From positions 1-54,735 of the IMG/VR virus record IMGVR_UViG_3300031687_000016: DNA of 54,735 bases; one strand, given 5' to 3'. Under the pieces are notes generated by a model, which made no database searches, was not told the DNA's origin, and worked only from the letters and a program-made list of their open reading frames with translations. This document shows, in pieces, positions 8,601-18,645 of the stretch; positions within the stretch are counted from its first letter, which is position 1; each line of letters begins with the position of its first letter. The DNA comes from a virus (taxonomy: Duplodnaviria; Caudoviricetes). The position numbers and the translations under genes are program-made.

Positions 8601-8608
8601 TATATTTG
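8601..8608 (+). promoter_or_regulatory. Bacteroidota-type -7 promoter box (TATATTTG)
   Basis: Exact TAnnTTTG match in an intergenic gap, 15 nt before ATG 8624. Confidence 0.65.
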
Positions 8609-8623
8609 ATAAAACCAAATCAA

Positions 8624-8815
8624 ATGCCTAGAGTAGCACCAGAAGACACCCCTATTATAAGCCACATCACCTATGTAACTGACGCTGTACATAAATTCGG
8701 AGATGAGCTTTACGAAGATTTAATGGATAGAGAGCATGAAAATGCAAAGAAGAAGGCACAAGATTTAATTAAAGTTTTGGCTGACCTAATTCAATCTCTA
8801 ACAGATGAAATCTAA
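8624..8815 (+). CDS. Small helical hypothetical protein
   Basis: ORF track 8606..8815; the TTG start lies in the promoter box, so ATG 8624 (MPRVAPED) is preferred. Confidence 0.7.
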   Translation: MPRVAPEDTPIISHITYVTDAVHKFGDELYEDLMDREHENAKKKAQDLIKVLADLIQSLTDEI

Positions 8816-9914
8816 AATAAAAAAACAAAGCAAAGAGTACGGGAAAAGATTAAGACTCTCCAAAGAAGAGGTAGACGTTATATTACAAAAAAGAGCAAAT
8901 CCTTTAGAAAATATAAATAACAATACAGCATTAGATATTCATTGCGAAAACAGGGGTATTGATAAGAATGATATTGTAAGTGTTAAGCACTGGCAGAGCG
9001 GGGGCGGAGAGTATAGATTTTCTATTGTAACTAAAGAAAACTTAGACCTAGATGAAGATCAGTTGTTTGGAAAAGTAAATGATTTTATAGCAACCTACTC
9101 TCCTGACTACAAGATAATTAAAAGAAATCCAGGAACACACCTGTTAGTAATAAATCCAGCAGACATTCATATAGGTAAGTATGCTAGTGTGATAGAGACT
9201 AATCAAGAATATAATTGCGAGATTGCCGTCAATAGAGTAATAGAAGGGGTAACTGGCCTGATAGAGAAAGCTAAAGGATTCCCCATAGAAAGAGTCTTGT
9301 TTTGTATTGGTAATGATGTGCTACATATAGATAATGTGTATTCAACCACAACGAAAGGAACGTATCAGGACACGGACAAAAAATGGTGGGAACATTATGA
9401 GATAGCATTAACTCTTTATGTAAGATGTGTTGAGATGTTAAGAAAAATAGGCCCTGTAGACATTGTACACAGCATGAGTAATCATGATTATCAAAGTGGA
9501 TTTCATTTAGCGCACACATTACAAAGTTGGTTTAGAAAAGCTAAAGACATTACGTTTGATATTAGCGTGGCGCACAGAAAGTATTACAAGTACGGAACTA
9601 ATCTACTAGGTATAGAACATGGAGATGGAGCAAAAATGGACAACCTTCCTCTTCTTATGGCTCAAGAAAACCCTTCGGATTGGGCGCAAACAACGCATAG
9701 ATACTGGTATTTACATCATTTACATCACAAGATAAAACACAAATGGAGAGATGGTAAAGACTTTATAGGGGTTACTGTAGAGTATATGAGGTCTCCTTCT
9801 TCTGCTGATAGCTGGCATTCAAGAAAAGGCTTTACAGGCGCTCCCTTGGCTTGTGAGGGGTTTATACATAGCAAGGAAACAGGACAAGTAGCACGATTAA
9901 CACATTATTTTTAA
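8805..9914 (+). CDS. Calcineurin-like metallophosphoesterase
   Basis: Five motifs in order: DIH, GND, SNHD, HGD, HHLHH. Confidence 0.85.
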   Translation: MKSKIKKQSKEYGKRLRLSKEEVDVILQKRANPLENINNNTALDIHCENRGIDKNDIVSVKHWQSGGGEYRFSIVTKENLDLDEDQLFGKVNDFIATYSPDYKIIKRNPGTHLLVINPADIHIGKYASVIETNQEYNCEIAVNRVIEGVTGLIEKAKGFPIERVLFCIGNDVLHIDNVYSTTTKGTYQDTDKKWWEHYEIALTLYVRCVEMLRKIGPVDIVHSMSNHDYQSGFHLAHTLQSWFRKAKDITFDISVAHRKYYKYGTNLLGIEHGDGAKMDNLPLLMAQENPSDWAQTTHRYWYLHHLHHKIKHKWRDGKDFIGVTVEYMRSPSSADSWHSRKGFTGAPLACEGFIHSKETGQVARLTHYF

Positions 9915-10078
9915 TGAAAAGTTATTTTTGTTCGTATACTCTCAATGACGGGAGTAAGGGGTCTGTTAATTTTAACACAGATGATATAAAAAAGAGTTTA
10001 GAACAATATGAAAGAAACAGGGATATAAAAAACTGGGATATTGTTAGAGAAAAGAAACCTGGGATGTTTCATTTTTAA
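9914..10078 (+). CDS. Small hypothetical protein (54 aa), last gene of the + arm
   Basis: TAATG coupling to the phosphoesterase stop; MKSYFCSYTLNDG...LEQYERNRDI...MFHF. Confidence 0.6.
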   Translation: MKSYFCSYTLNDGSKGSVNFNTDDIKKSLEQYERNRDIKNWDIVREKKPGMFHF

Positions 10079-10292
10079 TTTTTACTAGCTCCTGACATTT
10101 TTCATATTCTTCAGTGTAAATAAAATGATCTATTAAAACATCATAAACTTCATTTTCTCCATGTAATATAGGCTCATCAGGATTATGAATAAAATACAAA
10201 TCTTCTTTACTTTTAAAAAAATCGTTTAATTTTTTTTTACCTGTAAGTAAAAGGTAAGAATTATTCATGCACTTGTCTTCGTCAAAAATCAT
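10044..10292 (-). CDS. Hypothetical protein, last gene of the - arm
   Basis: Start overlaps the stop of the giant gene; C-terminal EEYEKCQEL resembles a UVR-type helical hairpin. Confidence 0.7.
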   Translation of the reverse strand: MIFDEDKCMNNSYLLLTGKKKLNDFFKSKEDLYFIHNPDEPILHGENEVYDVLIDHFIYTEEYEKCQELVKIKNETSQVSFL

Positions 10293-13200
10293 CTTCTAGG
10301 TCTTCTTGGTTTAATTGGGCGTTTTGTATTTGGGTTTTCTTTTTTCCATTTACGAGTATTTGCTCTATAAGTATTATATTTTATTAAATCTCTGTCGTAT
10401 TTTTCTGTTTTTTTCTTAAAAATATAATTTCTATATACTGTTGGGTTTTTTCTTTTTAGCTTAAGTAGTTCTTGTTTATTGTAAGTCTTTTCTTTTTTAC
10501 CCATTCCTTTATAGATATCTTTTATCAAAAGGCTTTTAACATCTTTGTATAAAGGTACCATACCCAAATTACCCAACAACTCAAGAGGTACTCTTTCTTC
10601 TTTTTCTCTTATTTGTCTCTCTCTAGCGGATCCTCCTTCCTTAAAATCTTTTTCGGTATATTTTTTTAAACCAAAAAGCATTGAGTTAACTAGAGGTGTA
10701 TACGCTCCTAAAAAACTTGTAAGAAACTTATCTCCATCTCCCGCATTACCTAACGCATCAAATTGAATTGCATCTCTATAGCGATCATACTCTCCATCTC
10801 TTAAGTCTTGACCAAAACCTTCATTACCCATCTCTATAAAATACGCTTGTGCTGCCCTGTTTAGATTACCAAAGTTTCTTCCTAAAAGTAATCCTGTAAA
10901 TGATGTTGCTAGAGACTGAGCTAATTGCAGCTCTATATCTTTAGGCTCATCATCTTCATCATCAAGATCTAATGCCTCAAACAATGCGTCATTCATTACT
11001 TTTAACACAAAAGTATACGCTGTCATTCTTAAACTAACTGCCGCTAAAAGCTGCGCCCCTTGAGCCTTTGTTCTGTCTCCTTTACCCATTAACTCATAGG
11101 TACCTTGACGAGCTGATATAAATTCTTGTTTTAAGAAGTTTAACATAAAACTATTGTAATTAGCAAAAATTACACCAAGAGGAGTTTTAGGGTTAGCATC
11201 TTTAATTGATCTCATAAAAGGATTGTCAGAAGAACCAACGGTATTAGTCCACCTATCAGCAGCGTCTGTTGCAGCGTCTAACGCCTCTTTGTTTTCTGTT
11301 ATATATACCTCATCATTAGCCTCAAGCTTTGTCCAATCAGGTTTTTTACCAGTCTCTTTCTTATAAGTATTTGCAAAAGTAGCTTTCCAGAATGGTTGTG
11401 TAATCATCTTATCAGGTGCGCTAATAATAGATTCAGCTATTATAGAAACTCCTTTGCTCCAGTTCTTTCCAGACAACCTCCATATTTGCATAATTTTATT
11501 ACCCATTTTACTACTTAAGGTGTCTCCTGCTGTTTCTCTAGTGTTTAATAAGCCAGTGTCAATCTTAGATGAATTTAATCCAGACCCTGTTACCCTTGTG
11601 GTTACTGAAGACCCTAAGTTTTTCATTATAGTAGACAAAGAAGTGGCATTAGGAAGGCGATTAGCCATACCTATTCCTTGAGCAAAAAGAACAGGGTGTG
11701 TAATAGCAAATTGCATATTGGCTATAACCTCAGCACTAAACCTTTTAGCACCAGCTAACATAGTGTAATAACCTAGTTTTTGTATTTTACTAATTATCTC
11801 GCCCGCAAAAGTATTATCTGTGTAACTATCTACTAATACATTATTAATAACCTCTTTTTGAGCGTCGGCTAAAGCTGTTAATATTCTCTGGGTGTTTTCA
11901 GGAACACCATCAGGATTTTGTTCATTAATAGTTCTTATTAATTTATTAACAGCAAAGTTAGATTCTTTAACCCCGTCAGTCATATAAAAATCTAGGTTTG
12001 TAAACTTAGATCCTCTTGCCGAAGCCTGGAAAGAATCCCAGTAAATAGGACTAACAGCTCCCGTACGCTCTATACCAGCCTTAGATTTTGTAGAAGGTCT
12101 ATTGACGGATGAAGAGCTTATAAAATTTTCTATAATGTCCTTGTTAGGATCAGATATCTTATCACTTATACTAGGCTTAACAGCAATATGAACATAATTA
12201 ATTCTTGGAATAAAACCTTCTCCTCTTCTTTCTGCTGCAAATTGAGCTTTCTCTTGGTTTTTAGTATCTATGCTTTGTAAAATTTCTAATGCTTGCTTTT
12301 CTCTTTTACTAAAGCTATTAAAAAGTTTATCATTATTCAACGCTCCATCTTCAACAAATTTTTCCTGTAGTTTTTTTAATAAATTTACTACTCTTTTGTC
12401 TGGATTCTCTGTTCCTTTCTCATAATCCCTTATGCTTTCAGCCAACCACTTATCTGCACTTTGTAATTTTTTATCTCTTAACTCTGGATTAGATATATAT
12501 TCTAGCTGAATACGATAAAGCATTTGCTTATACTTAGACTCAATAATTTTGTTTGAGTTTTTTAGAAACTGTCTATTTAAAAGTTTTGAAGCCTTTTCTC
12601 TTAGGTTTCCATCCTGCTGGTTAGCAGTTTTAAAAGAAGAGTAAGCTTTAGCCATAGGCTTAAATAGTGAATTATAAAGATCCATAGATCCAAAATTATT
12701 TAACAACTGATCAATACCATATAGTGTATTTCTTTTTATAGCACTTAAAGCAAAGTTTTCTTTCTTGTTAAATAAGGAGGTTACTTTAGCGTATAGTTTT
12801 GAAACACTTAAAAAATCAAATTTGCTAAATTTATCCGCTACTTTAGCTACATTTTTATTAGCATTAAGTTTTGAGCTTAAATTACTAATTAATGAAACTG
12901 GCATATAACCCTTGTTTAAAGAGTCTACAGTTCTTATAATTAATTTTAAATCATCTACAGACAACCCCTCTATAGCTGATATGTCTTTTATTAGTTTATT
13001 AAAAGCGTAAGCTGCTCTTCTTGATATTTCAGAAGGAAAACTTTTTGGGCTTGCTGGAGCTGTTCTGTCACTATCTACTTTGATATTTTTAATTTCGTCA
13101 ATTAAAACCTTTTTTTCTTCTGCTATTTCCTCTGCTGTTTTGGGTTGAGCATCTGGCTTACTATTAATATCCTTTTTATATTTTTTCATCAAATCGGCAT

Positions 13201-16200
13201 CTTCCTCTGTAATAACATTATCCTTAAGCATTTTAGCTATAGTGTCTAAATAATTAACCTTACCGTTTTTATATAATACTTTTCCCTCAAAATTATTAAA
13301 CGCCTGAGTAAGCTGTGGAAGAGTTTGTTCTTGTTCAGCTACGGCTGCTAATACCTCTTGAACCTTTTCAGCCATAACACTAGCCTCCGTTATATTTTTT
13401 TTATCATACGCTTTAGTACGCTGACCTATTTGCTCTATAATAGACTTATAAGTATTATATACTTTATTTGGAATAACAGATGGATCTATATTTACTAATG
13501 ATGATAGTTGTGCTTCTAAAGATATAGTCGAACCATCTTCTTTGCCAGCTAACATTCTACCTATAAGTTTTTTGATATTTTTCTTAGCTTGTGCTGCTAA
13601 TTTTCTTAATGTTCTTTGTTCTGACCTTACAGATATATCACTTAATACTTTCTTTATATAATTTACAGTTTTATCTCTTGACTTTTCATTATCAAATGAG
13701 GTTTTTTCAATTTGATCCATGATTAAAGACATCTGCTTAAAAGAAATCTTATCATCTTCTCTCAATGTTTTTAAATAGTCTCGTATAGATTTAAAACCTT
13801 TAGAAAAATCCATTTCAGTTAAACGTTTAAATACATTTTCTTGAATCTCATTCTTAAGATCAACTTCTTGAGCCTGTTTGTCTTTCTCGGCCGCTTCTTC
13901 TTGAGCAACTTGTTGCTGAGCCGATTCTAATTTTTTATTTACCGCCGCTTTTACATTAGCTTTTGTTGGTCTAACCCCTGTTACTGCCTTAAACCTGTCT
14001 TTTAATGCATTAAGAATAGCCCTAGGATTTCTTTTTGGTTCTTTTTCAGAAAGGATATAATTAAAGTATTCTTCCATTACAGCCTCAATAGTCTGCCCAC
14101 TCTCCTCAGCAATATTTTCTATCATATTATCAAAACCTTCCCCACCCACATTCGTCTCTCTACCTAACGCATCTTTTACAGGCTTGCTAATAAATTTCCA
14201 GATTCTACTTCTTTTATCTTTAGGAAGATTATTTTTGTCATTATACCTGGCAAAATCAGCTTCTGAAATTGTACCCCTGTAAGTTCTATTATCTTCGTTT
14301 TCTTGATCTTGTTCTGACTGATTCTTTTTCTCTTTAGAACTTAGTTCTTCTTGCTCTATAGCCTCAGCTATCTCTCTTATATTATCGCTATTGTCTGCTA
14401 TGTCTTCATTATATTGATCCACCGTCATGCCAGGATTAGTCTCAGCTTTTTTCCCTTCATCTACATTTAAATCATTATTAATAATATTTTTTTCAGCTGT
14501 AGCTAGTCTTTTTCCTTTTAAAGGTTTTCCTTTTTTATCATTTATAGAAACAACCTCGCCACTTTTATCTCTAACTATATTATAAGTTTTTTGATTTTGT
14601 ACTAACTTCTTCTCCTTCTCGTCATCAGCGACCTCCTTTGGCGATTGGTTTTTATTGGCGTTTTTCTTTCCTTTTTCGTTGGGAGTGACTGAAGGGATTC
14701 CGTCTCCTGCTCCCACCTTTGGGCTATCTTCGGAAGATTCTTGTGCATCCACCTTCTCTGTGCTTGACTTTTGAATGGCATCGGATTTTTTATTTATTTC
14801 TTCTACTTTTTGTTTAAATTCTGCTTGATTATTATCTAAAGCAATTTTCTTCTCCTCTTCAGTTAATTCAATATTCTCTTTTATTTTTTGATCTTTTTTA
14901 TTAGACTCTCTTACTAATTTTTCATACTCAAGATCTAAAAGATACTGTTCTCTCTTTGATATTTCTGCTGAACTTAACACATTGTCTGCCCCAGCATCTG
15001 TTTGTTTTTTTAATTCGCTTAATCTTTCTAGTTTTTTATCTTCCGCAGCCTCGTAAGCAGCATCCTTTTCTGCCGACTCTTCATCAGTCATATTCATATT
15101 TCTTTGAGCCAGTGAATACTCCTTACCTGCGGCTCTTAGTATTCTGTTTAGTGGGCTTATCTTGAAATATTTAGCATCTAAAGCATCTACCTCGTCTTCA
15201 TACTCGGTTTCTATTTGTTCATTTTCAGCATCCACCTCATCTTTCGTTATTTGGGTTTCTTCTGTATAGCCGCTTAATTCTGCTATTTTATTTTTAATTT
15301 CTCGTAATTTTTCTTTTCCAGCTTCCGTATCATTACCTGTAAATTTATTCTTTTCTAATTCTAAATCAACAAGCGCATCAATGTTTGTTTCACTTACTCC
15401 AGCTTCTTGTAATTTTAACTTTATATCTTGACCAGCAAGCAACTTCATCTTTCTCTTAGAGTATTCATTCTTAAGATCAGGATCGTTTTGAATATCTATA
15501 TTCATACCCAAAAAAGCCTCATCACTAGAGTCAAATACAGCCTCAGCCATTAAACCAGATTCCACAGGCTTGCCTTTAATTGTATATGTAGGCATTTTAC
15601 CCCTATACTTTGTTATTGCATAACTTATTGGAGTTTTACCAATCCCACCAATCGTTTCAAAACCTATCTCCCTAACATCTAATGCGTCTACACCTTCTGT
15701 AGCTAAAATTGCAGCGGTTTCTCCTACACCTCCTCCAATAGCATCTGCTCCTGCTGCTAATAATTTACGTCTTGCAACTGTTGATCCAGCTTTTGCCGCT
15801 CCCGTTACTAATAAACTACCACCTCCAGCAGCTAATGCGTCTATTGTTCCTATAATACCACCTCTACCTAAAGAGTTTAATCTAATTCTAGATAAAGCCT
15901 CAGGATCGTTTAAAACTTCCTTTATATTTGCCTCATTCATTTCAAGATTACGAGTGTCTAATTCTTTTTGTAAGAACTGAGAAAAAGATAAACCTGTTTC
16001 TAGTGCTGCTCCTGCTGCCCCAAAAGCAATTCTTAAAGTAACTGGGTTAAAAACTGCTGCTCCCGCTCCTGGAATAGCACCTACACCACCAAAACCTACA
16101 CCTACTGCGGCTCCTCCTGCTGCGGCAGTACCAAGTACTCCTCCTGCTGCGGAAATTGATGCCGTGTTAAACATTTGAGTAACTGTTTCGGCTAGTAACT

Positions 16201-16969
16201 GAAAAATAACTGAAGGGTTTTTAGCCATACCCTCCATAAACCCTATCGCTTTATTATCTGCATTATCATATATATTGTTAAAGTTAGCCATCTCGTCTGT
16301 TTGACCATTTGCGGCCAATCTTCTTTGAGCAGCTAAAAAATCCTGTATATCTTCAGAAGTAGCGTCACTACCATCATATAATAATTCCAGAGATTCGTCC
16401 GCTGTGTTTCCTTGAATAAACCCAGCTTTACCTGATCTATATATATCACTAATAAAATCTGTTACTGAATTTTTACCCACTATATCCTCTAAGTAAGTAT
16501 CTTTTTCTTGACTATTCTTAATAGTAAATTTCCCATTTCCATATATATCTGTAATTGGATCTTGGGGTTCTTCTTCAGGCTCAGCATTGGTTATTGCCAC
16601 CCCTTCCTCTTCCACAACTGGCTGTTGAGCAAATTGATTTGGAGCCTCTCCACCTGTAGGGTCTATCGGAGTATTAGGCTCTGGATTTGAAGATCCCGAA
16701 GAAATAGCAGGATCCGTAGGCGCAGAAACAGAACCCGTAGGATCCGTTGGAGAAATAGGTTCTGAAACATCTTTTTTTTTTACTCCCCAAGCTGAAGAAA
16801 AAGTATTGAAATCTGTTTCGCTACTTAAAAGCTTGTTTTTTACCCCTAAGTCGTACAAGCCCTGCTTTAACTTGTCGTCTGCTTGAGAAAACATTTCAAA
16901 AGTAGTCTCTTTACTTAGTAAACTCTTTCTTAGATATAATTCGTATAGTTGTTTTAATTGTTCTTCCAT
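10289..16969 (-). CDS. Giant internal virion (ejection) protein, 2226 aa, T7 gp16-analogous by position
   Basis: Last and largest of three genes after nozzle and acetyltransferase; Gly/Ala-rich hydrophobic segments near the N-terminus; long helical charged body. Confidence 0.7.
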   Translation of the reverse strand: MEEQLKQLYELYLRKSLLSKETTFEMFSQADDKLKQGLYDLGVKNKLLSSETDFNTFSSAWGVKKKDVSEPISPTDPTGSVSAPTDPAISSGSSNPEPNTPIDPTGGEAPNQFAQQPVVEEEGVAITNAEPEEEPQDPITDIYGNGKFTIKNSQEKDTYLEDIVGKNSVTDFISDIYRSGKAGFIQGNTADESLELLYDGSDATSEDIQDFLAAQRRLAANGQTDEMANFNNIYDNADNKAIGFMEGMAKNPSVIFQLLAETVTQMFNTASISAAGGVLGTAAAGGAAVGVGFGGVGAIPGAGAAVFNPVTLRIAFGAAGAALETGLSFSQFLQKELDTRNLEMNEANIKEVLNDPEALSRIRLNSLGRGGIIGTIDALAAGGGSLLVTGAAKAGSTVARRKLLAAGADAIGGGVGETAAILATEGVDALDVREIGFETIGGIGKTPISYAITKYRGKMPTYTIKGKPVESGLMAEAVFDSSDEAFLGMNIDIQNDPDLKNEYSKRKMKLLAGQDIKLKLQEAGVSETNIDALVDLELEKNKFTGNDTEAGKEKLREIKNKIAELSGYTEETQITKDEVDAENEQIETEYEDEVDALDAKYFKISPLNRILRAAGKEYSLAQRNMNMTDEESAEKDAAYEAAEDKKLERLSELKKQTDAGADNVLSSAEISKREQYLLDLEYEKLVRESNKKDQKIKENIELTEEEKKIALDNNQAEFKQKVEEINKKSDAIQKSSTEKVDAQESSEDSPKVGAGDGIPSVTPNEKGKKNANKNQSPKEVADDEKEKKLVQNQKTYNIVRDKSGEVVSINDKKGKPLKGKRLATAEKNIINNDLNVDEGKKAETNPGMTVDQYNEDIADNSDNIREIAEAIEQEELSSKEKKNQSEQDQENEDNRTYRGTISEADFARYNDKNNLPKDKRSRIWKFISKPVKDALGRETNVGGEGFDNMIENIAEESGQTIEAVMEEYFNYILSEKEPKRNPRAILNALKDRFKAVTGVRPTKANVKAAVNKKLESAQQQVAQEEAAEKDKQAQEVDLKNEIQENVFKRLTEMDFSKGFKSIRDYLKTLREDDKISFKQMSLIMDQIEKTSFDNEKSRDKTVNYIKKVLSDISVRSEQRTLRKLAAQAKKNIKKLIGRMLAGKEDGSTISLEAQLSSLVNIDPSVIPNKVYNTYKSIIEQIGQRTKAYDKKNITEASVMAEKVQEVLAAVAEQEQTLPQLTQAFNNFEGKVLYKNGKVNYLDTIAKMLKDNVITEEDADLMKKYKKDINSKPDAQPKTAEEIAEEKKVLIDEIKNIKVDSDRTAPASPKSFPSEISRRAAYAFNKLIKDISAIEGLSVDDLKLIIRTVDSLNKGYMPVSLISNLSSKLNANKNVAKVADKFSKFDFLSVSKLYAKVTSLFNKKENFALSAIKRNTLYGIDQLLNNFGSMDLYNSLFKPMAKAYSSFKTANQQDGNLREKASKLLNRQFLKNSNKIIESKYKQMLYRIQLEYISNPELRDKKLQSADKWLAESIRDYEKGTENPDKRVVNLLKKLQEKFVEDGALNNDKLFNSFSKREKQALEILQSIDTKNQEKAQFAAERRGEGFIPRINYVHIAVKPSISDKISDPNKDIIENFISSSSVNRPSTKSKAGIERTGAVSPIYWDSFQASARGSKFTNLDFYMTDGVKESNFAVNKLIRTINEQNPDGVPENTQRILTALADAQKEVINNVLVDSYTDNTFAGEIISKIQKLGYYTMLAGAKRFSAEVIANMQFAITHPVLFAQGIGMANRLPNATSLSTIMKNLGSSVTTRVTGSGLNSSKIDTGLLNTRETAGDTLSSKMGNKIMQIWRLSGKNWSKGVSIIAESIISAPDKMITQPFWKATFANTYKKETGKKPDWTKLEANDEVYITENKEALDAATDAADRWTNTVGSSDNPFMRSIKDANPKTPLGVIFANYNSFMLNFLKQEFISARQGTYELMGKGDRTKAQGAQLLAAVSLRMTAYTFVLKVMNDALFEALDLDDEDDEPKDIELQLAQSLATSFTGLLLGRNFGNLNRAAQAYFIEMGNEGFGQDLRDGEYDRYRDAIQFDALGNAGDGDKFLTSFLGAYTPLVNSMLFGLKKYTEKDFKEGGSARERQIREKEERVPLELLGNLGMVPLYKDVKSLLIKDIYKGMGKKEKTYNKQELLKLKRKNPTVYRNYIFKKKTEKYDRDLIKYNTYRANTRKWKKENPNTKRPIKPRRPRR

Positions 16970-16974
16970 GTTTA

Positions 16975-18639
16975 TTATATTGGGTTGCCAAATAAGTCAG
17001 TAGTTTGGTCAGATTTGTTTTTCTTTTGTAACTCTATAAATGTTTTTGTTGTTGGGTTTACTACAAAATCCTGGATGAATTGATATATGTTTGCTGTTTC
17101 TTCGTAAGTAGACCCCCTTAAACCATCTTTAATTGCTCTGCCATCGCCAATCCCTGGAAGTACAACACCATTTGACAATGTTACTTCTTTAATAGGAGGG
17201 TAACGCACATCTACATCCCCTATTTTTACTGTAAAGAAATCTCCTTTAGAACCTCCGCCACCAGAATCAAATTTAAAATCAAGAGGAGCCATATTTGGAT
17301 ATCTACCTTCCTGAAGGTCTGTTAATATATTATTATCTAAAGTTCCAGTAATTAATTTTTTAATTACAGAAGCAACTTTTTTATCTTTATTACCTACTGT
17401 TGACTCATTTAATTGCTCTTTTAGGTATTCTAAACCAGTTGTGTTTGGATCATCCCCAAACATATTATAAGCATTTCCACTATAGTTAGGAGGAAGATAA
17501 GTAAGATCTTCTATTTCATCTGTTTCCTTCTTATTAATTTGCTGTTTTTGAAATTCTAAAGTATCTCGCTTAATCTTATTAACTTCTTTTTGGTATTCTG
17601 TATATATGGCCCCAGCTTTAGCTGATTCTTTTCTGTCTAGCATTAAAACCATTTTATCTTTAATAATTTCTTGTGCCGCCTCCACTTGTTTGCTCCAATT
17701 TGTCCCTTCTTTAACTGGAACAGGGATGCCATCAGCATTGTACTCAACTAAAACTTTATATGGATCATTAGCAGCTTCATTCGCATCAAAAGTAGGTCTG
17801 TAGTCTCCGTTTATATCTCCTAAAATACTAAAAACTGTGTTTGGATTTGTAGTATATTGCTTAGCGGTGCTATTTAAAAATGCCTGTATATTTTCTTCTT
17901 TTAAGGCTTGTTGTTGACCTTCAATACTAAACACTTCGCCATTTGCCTTTACAGTTGTTAGTATTAGTTCGCCAAGAGTATCAACTTTAGCACTTAACTT
18001 ATTTGTTAATCCATCTTTATAAGAAACATTATCAACCCTTGTATTAAACCTGTTATTTATAACATTCATACTGACGTGCTTAGAAGGGTCGTCAGGTATT
18101 TTTCCGTTTTCATCCAGCTGAACTAAGGAAAGATTTCCCGTTGCTGGATTTACATACCCAGTTACATTTTTTAAATTACCAAATTCTGCGTTTTGTTGGC
18201 TAAAGATGGCTTCAAAAACAGATCCTTCTGTAGAGTCTATTCTACCTTTCATTTCTGCGTACTGACTTTCAAACTTCTTACTTACGTTACCAAACTGCTT
18301 CCAGTCCCCCAATACTCTTTGTTTAGCTTGAGCAAATTGAGTTTCATTAATCTGCCCTCTTTTAAATAAATCAGCTTGTACCCTTAAAAAACTTGCTGAA
18401 TCTCCTGACATTCCTAATGCTAAATTTTGTAAGGTTTGATTGGTATAATCCTCTAAAGTATTAAGCTTGTCTTCTACCTCTATAGTGTTATCGTCTATAA
18501 ACGCTTTTCTTTGCTCTCTATCTTTTCGTATCTCTCCTAGTTGAGTAGTTAGATTATTGGCTACCGTTCCCCAATCAACAGTGGTTTTAGTTAAGTCTCG
18601 CTCAACGTATGTGTTAAAATTTATATTTTTTTTAGCCAT
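16975..18639 (-). CDS. Internal virion (ejection) protein, gp15-analogous by position
   Basis: 554 aa, helical N-terminus (VDWGTVANNLT...), middle gene of the triad. Confidence 0.6.
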   Translation of the reverse strand: MAKKNINFNTYVERDLTKTTVDWGTVANNLTTQLGEIRKDREQRKAFIDDNTIEVEDKLNTLEDYTNQTLQNLALGMSGDSASFLRVQADLFKRGQINETQFAQAKQRVLGDWKQFGNVSKKFESQYAEMKGRIDSTEGSVFEAIFSQQNAEFGNLKNVTGYVNPATGNLSLVQLDENGKIPDDPSKHVSMNVINNRFNTRVDNVSYKDGLTNKLSAKVDTLGELILTTVKANGEVFSIEGQQQALKEENIQAFLNSTAKQYTTNPNTVFSILGDINGDYRPTFDANEAANDPYKVLVEYNADGIPVPVKEGTNWSKQVEAAQEIIKDKMVLMLDRKESAKAGAIYTEYQKEVNKIKRDTLEFQKQQINKKETDEIEDLTYLPPNYSGNAYNMFGDDPNTTGLEYLKEQLNESTVGNKDKKVASVIKKLITGTLDNNILTDLQEGRYPNMAPLDFKFDSGGGGSKGDFFTVKIGDVDVRYPPIKEVTLSNGVVLPGIGDGRAIKDGLRGSTYEETANIYQFIQDFVVNPTTKTFIELQKKNKSDQTTDLFGNPI

Positions 18640-18645
18640 TTAATA

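Noticed and set aside
16772-16781. A10 run in the sense strand of the giant gene as a programmed frameshift site
   Set aside because: It encodes VKKK in an intact 2226-aa frame; no downstream stimulatory structure was evident and A runs are common here
10289-16969. Virion RNA polymerase as in crAss-like phages
   Set aside because: No convincing catalytic DxDxD motif in context; DLDDEDD near the C-terminus is an acidic linker
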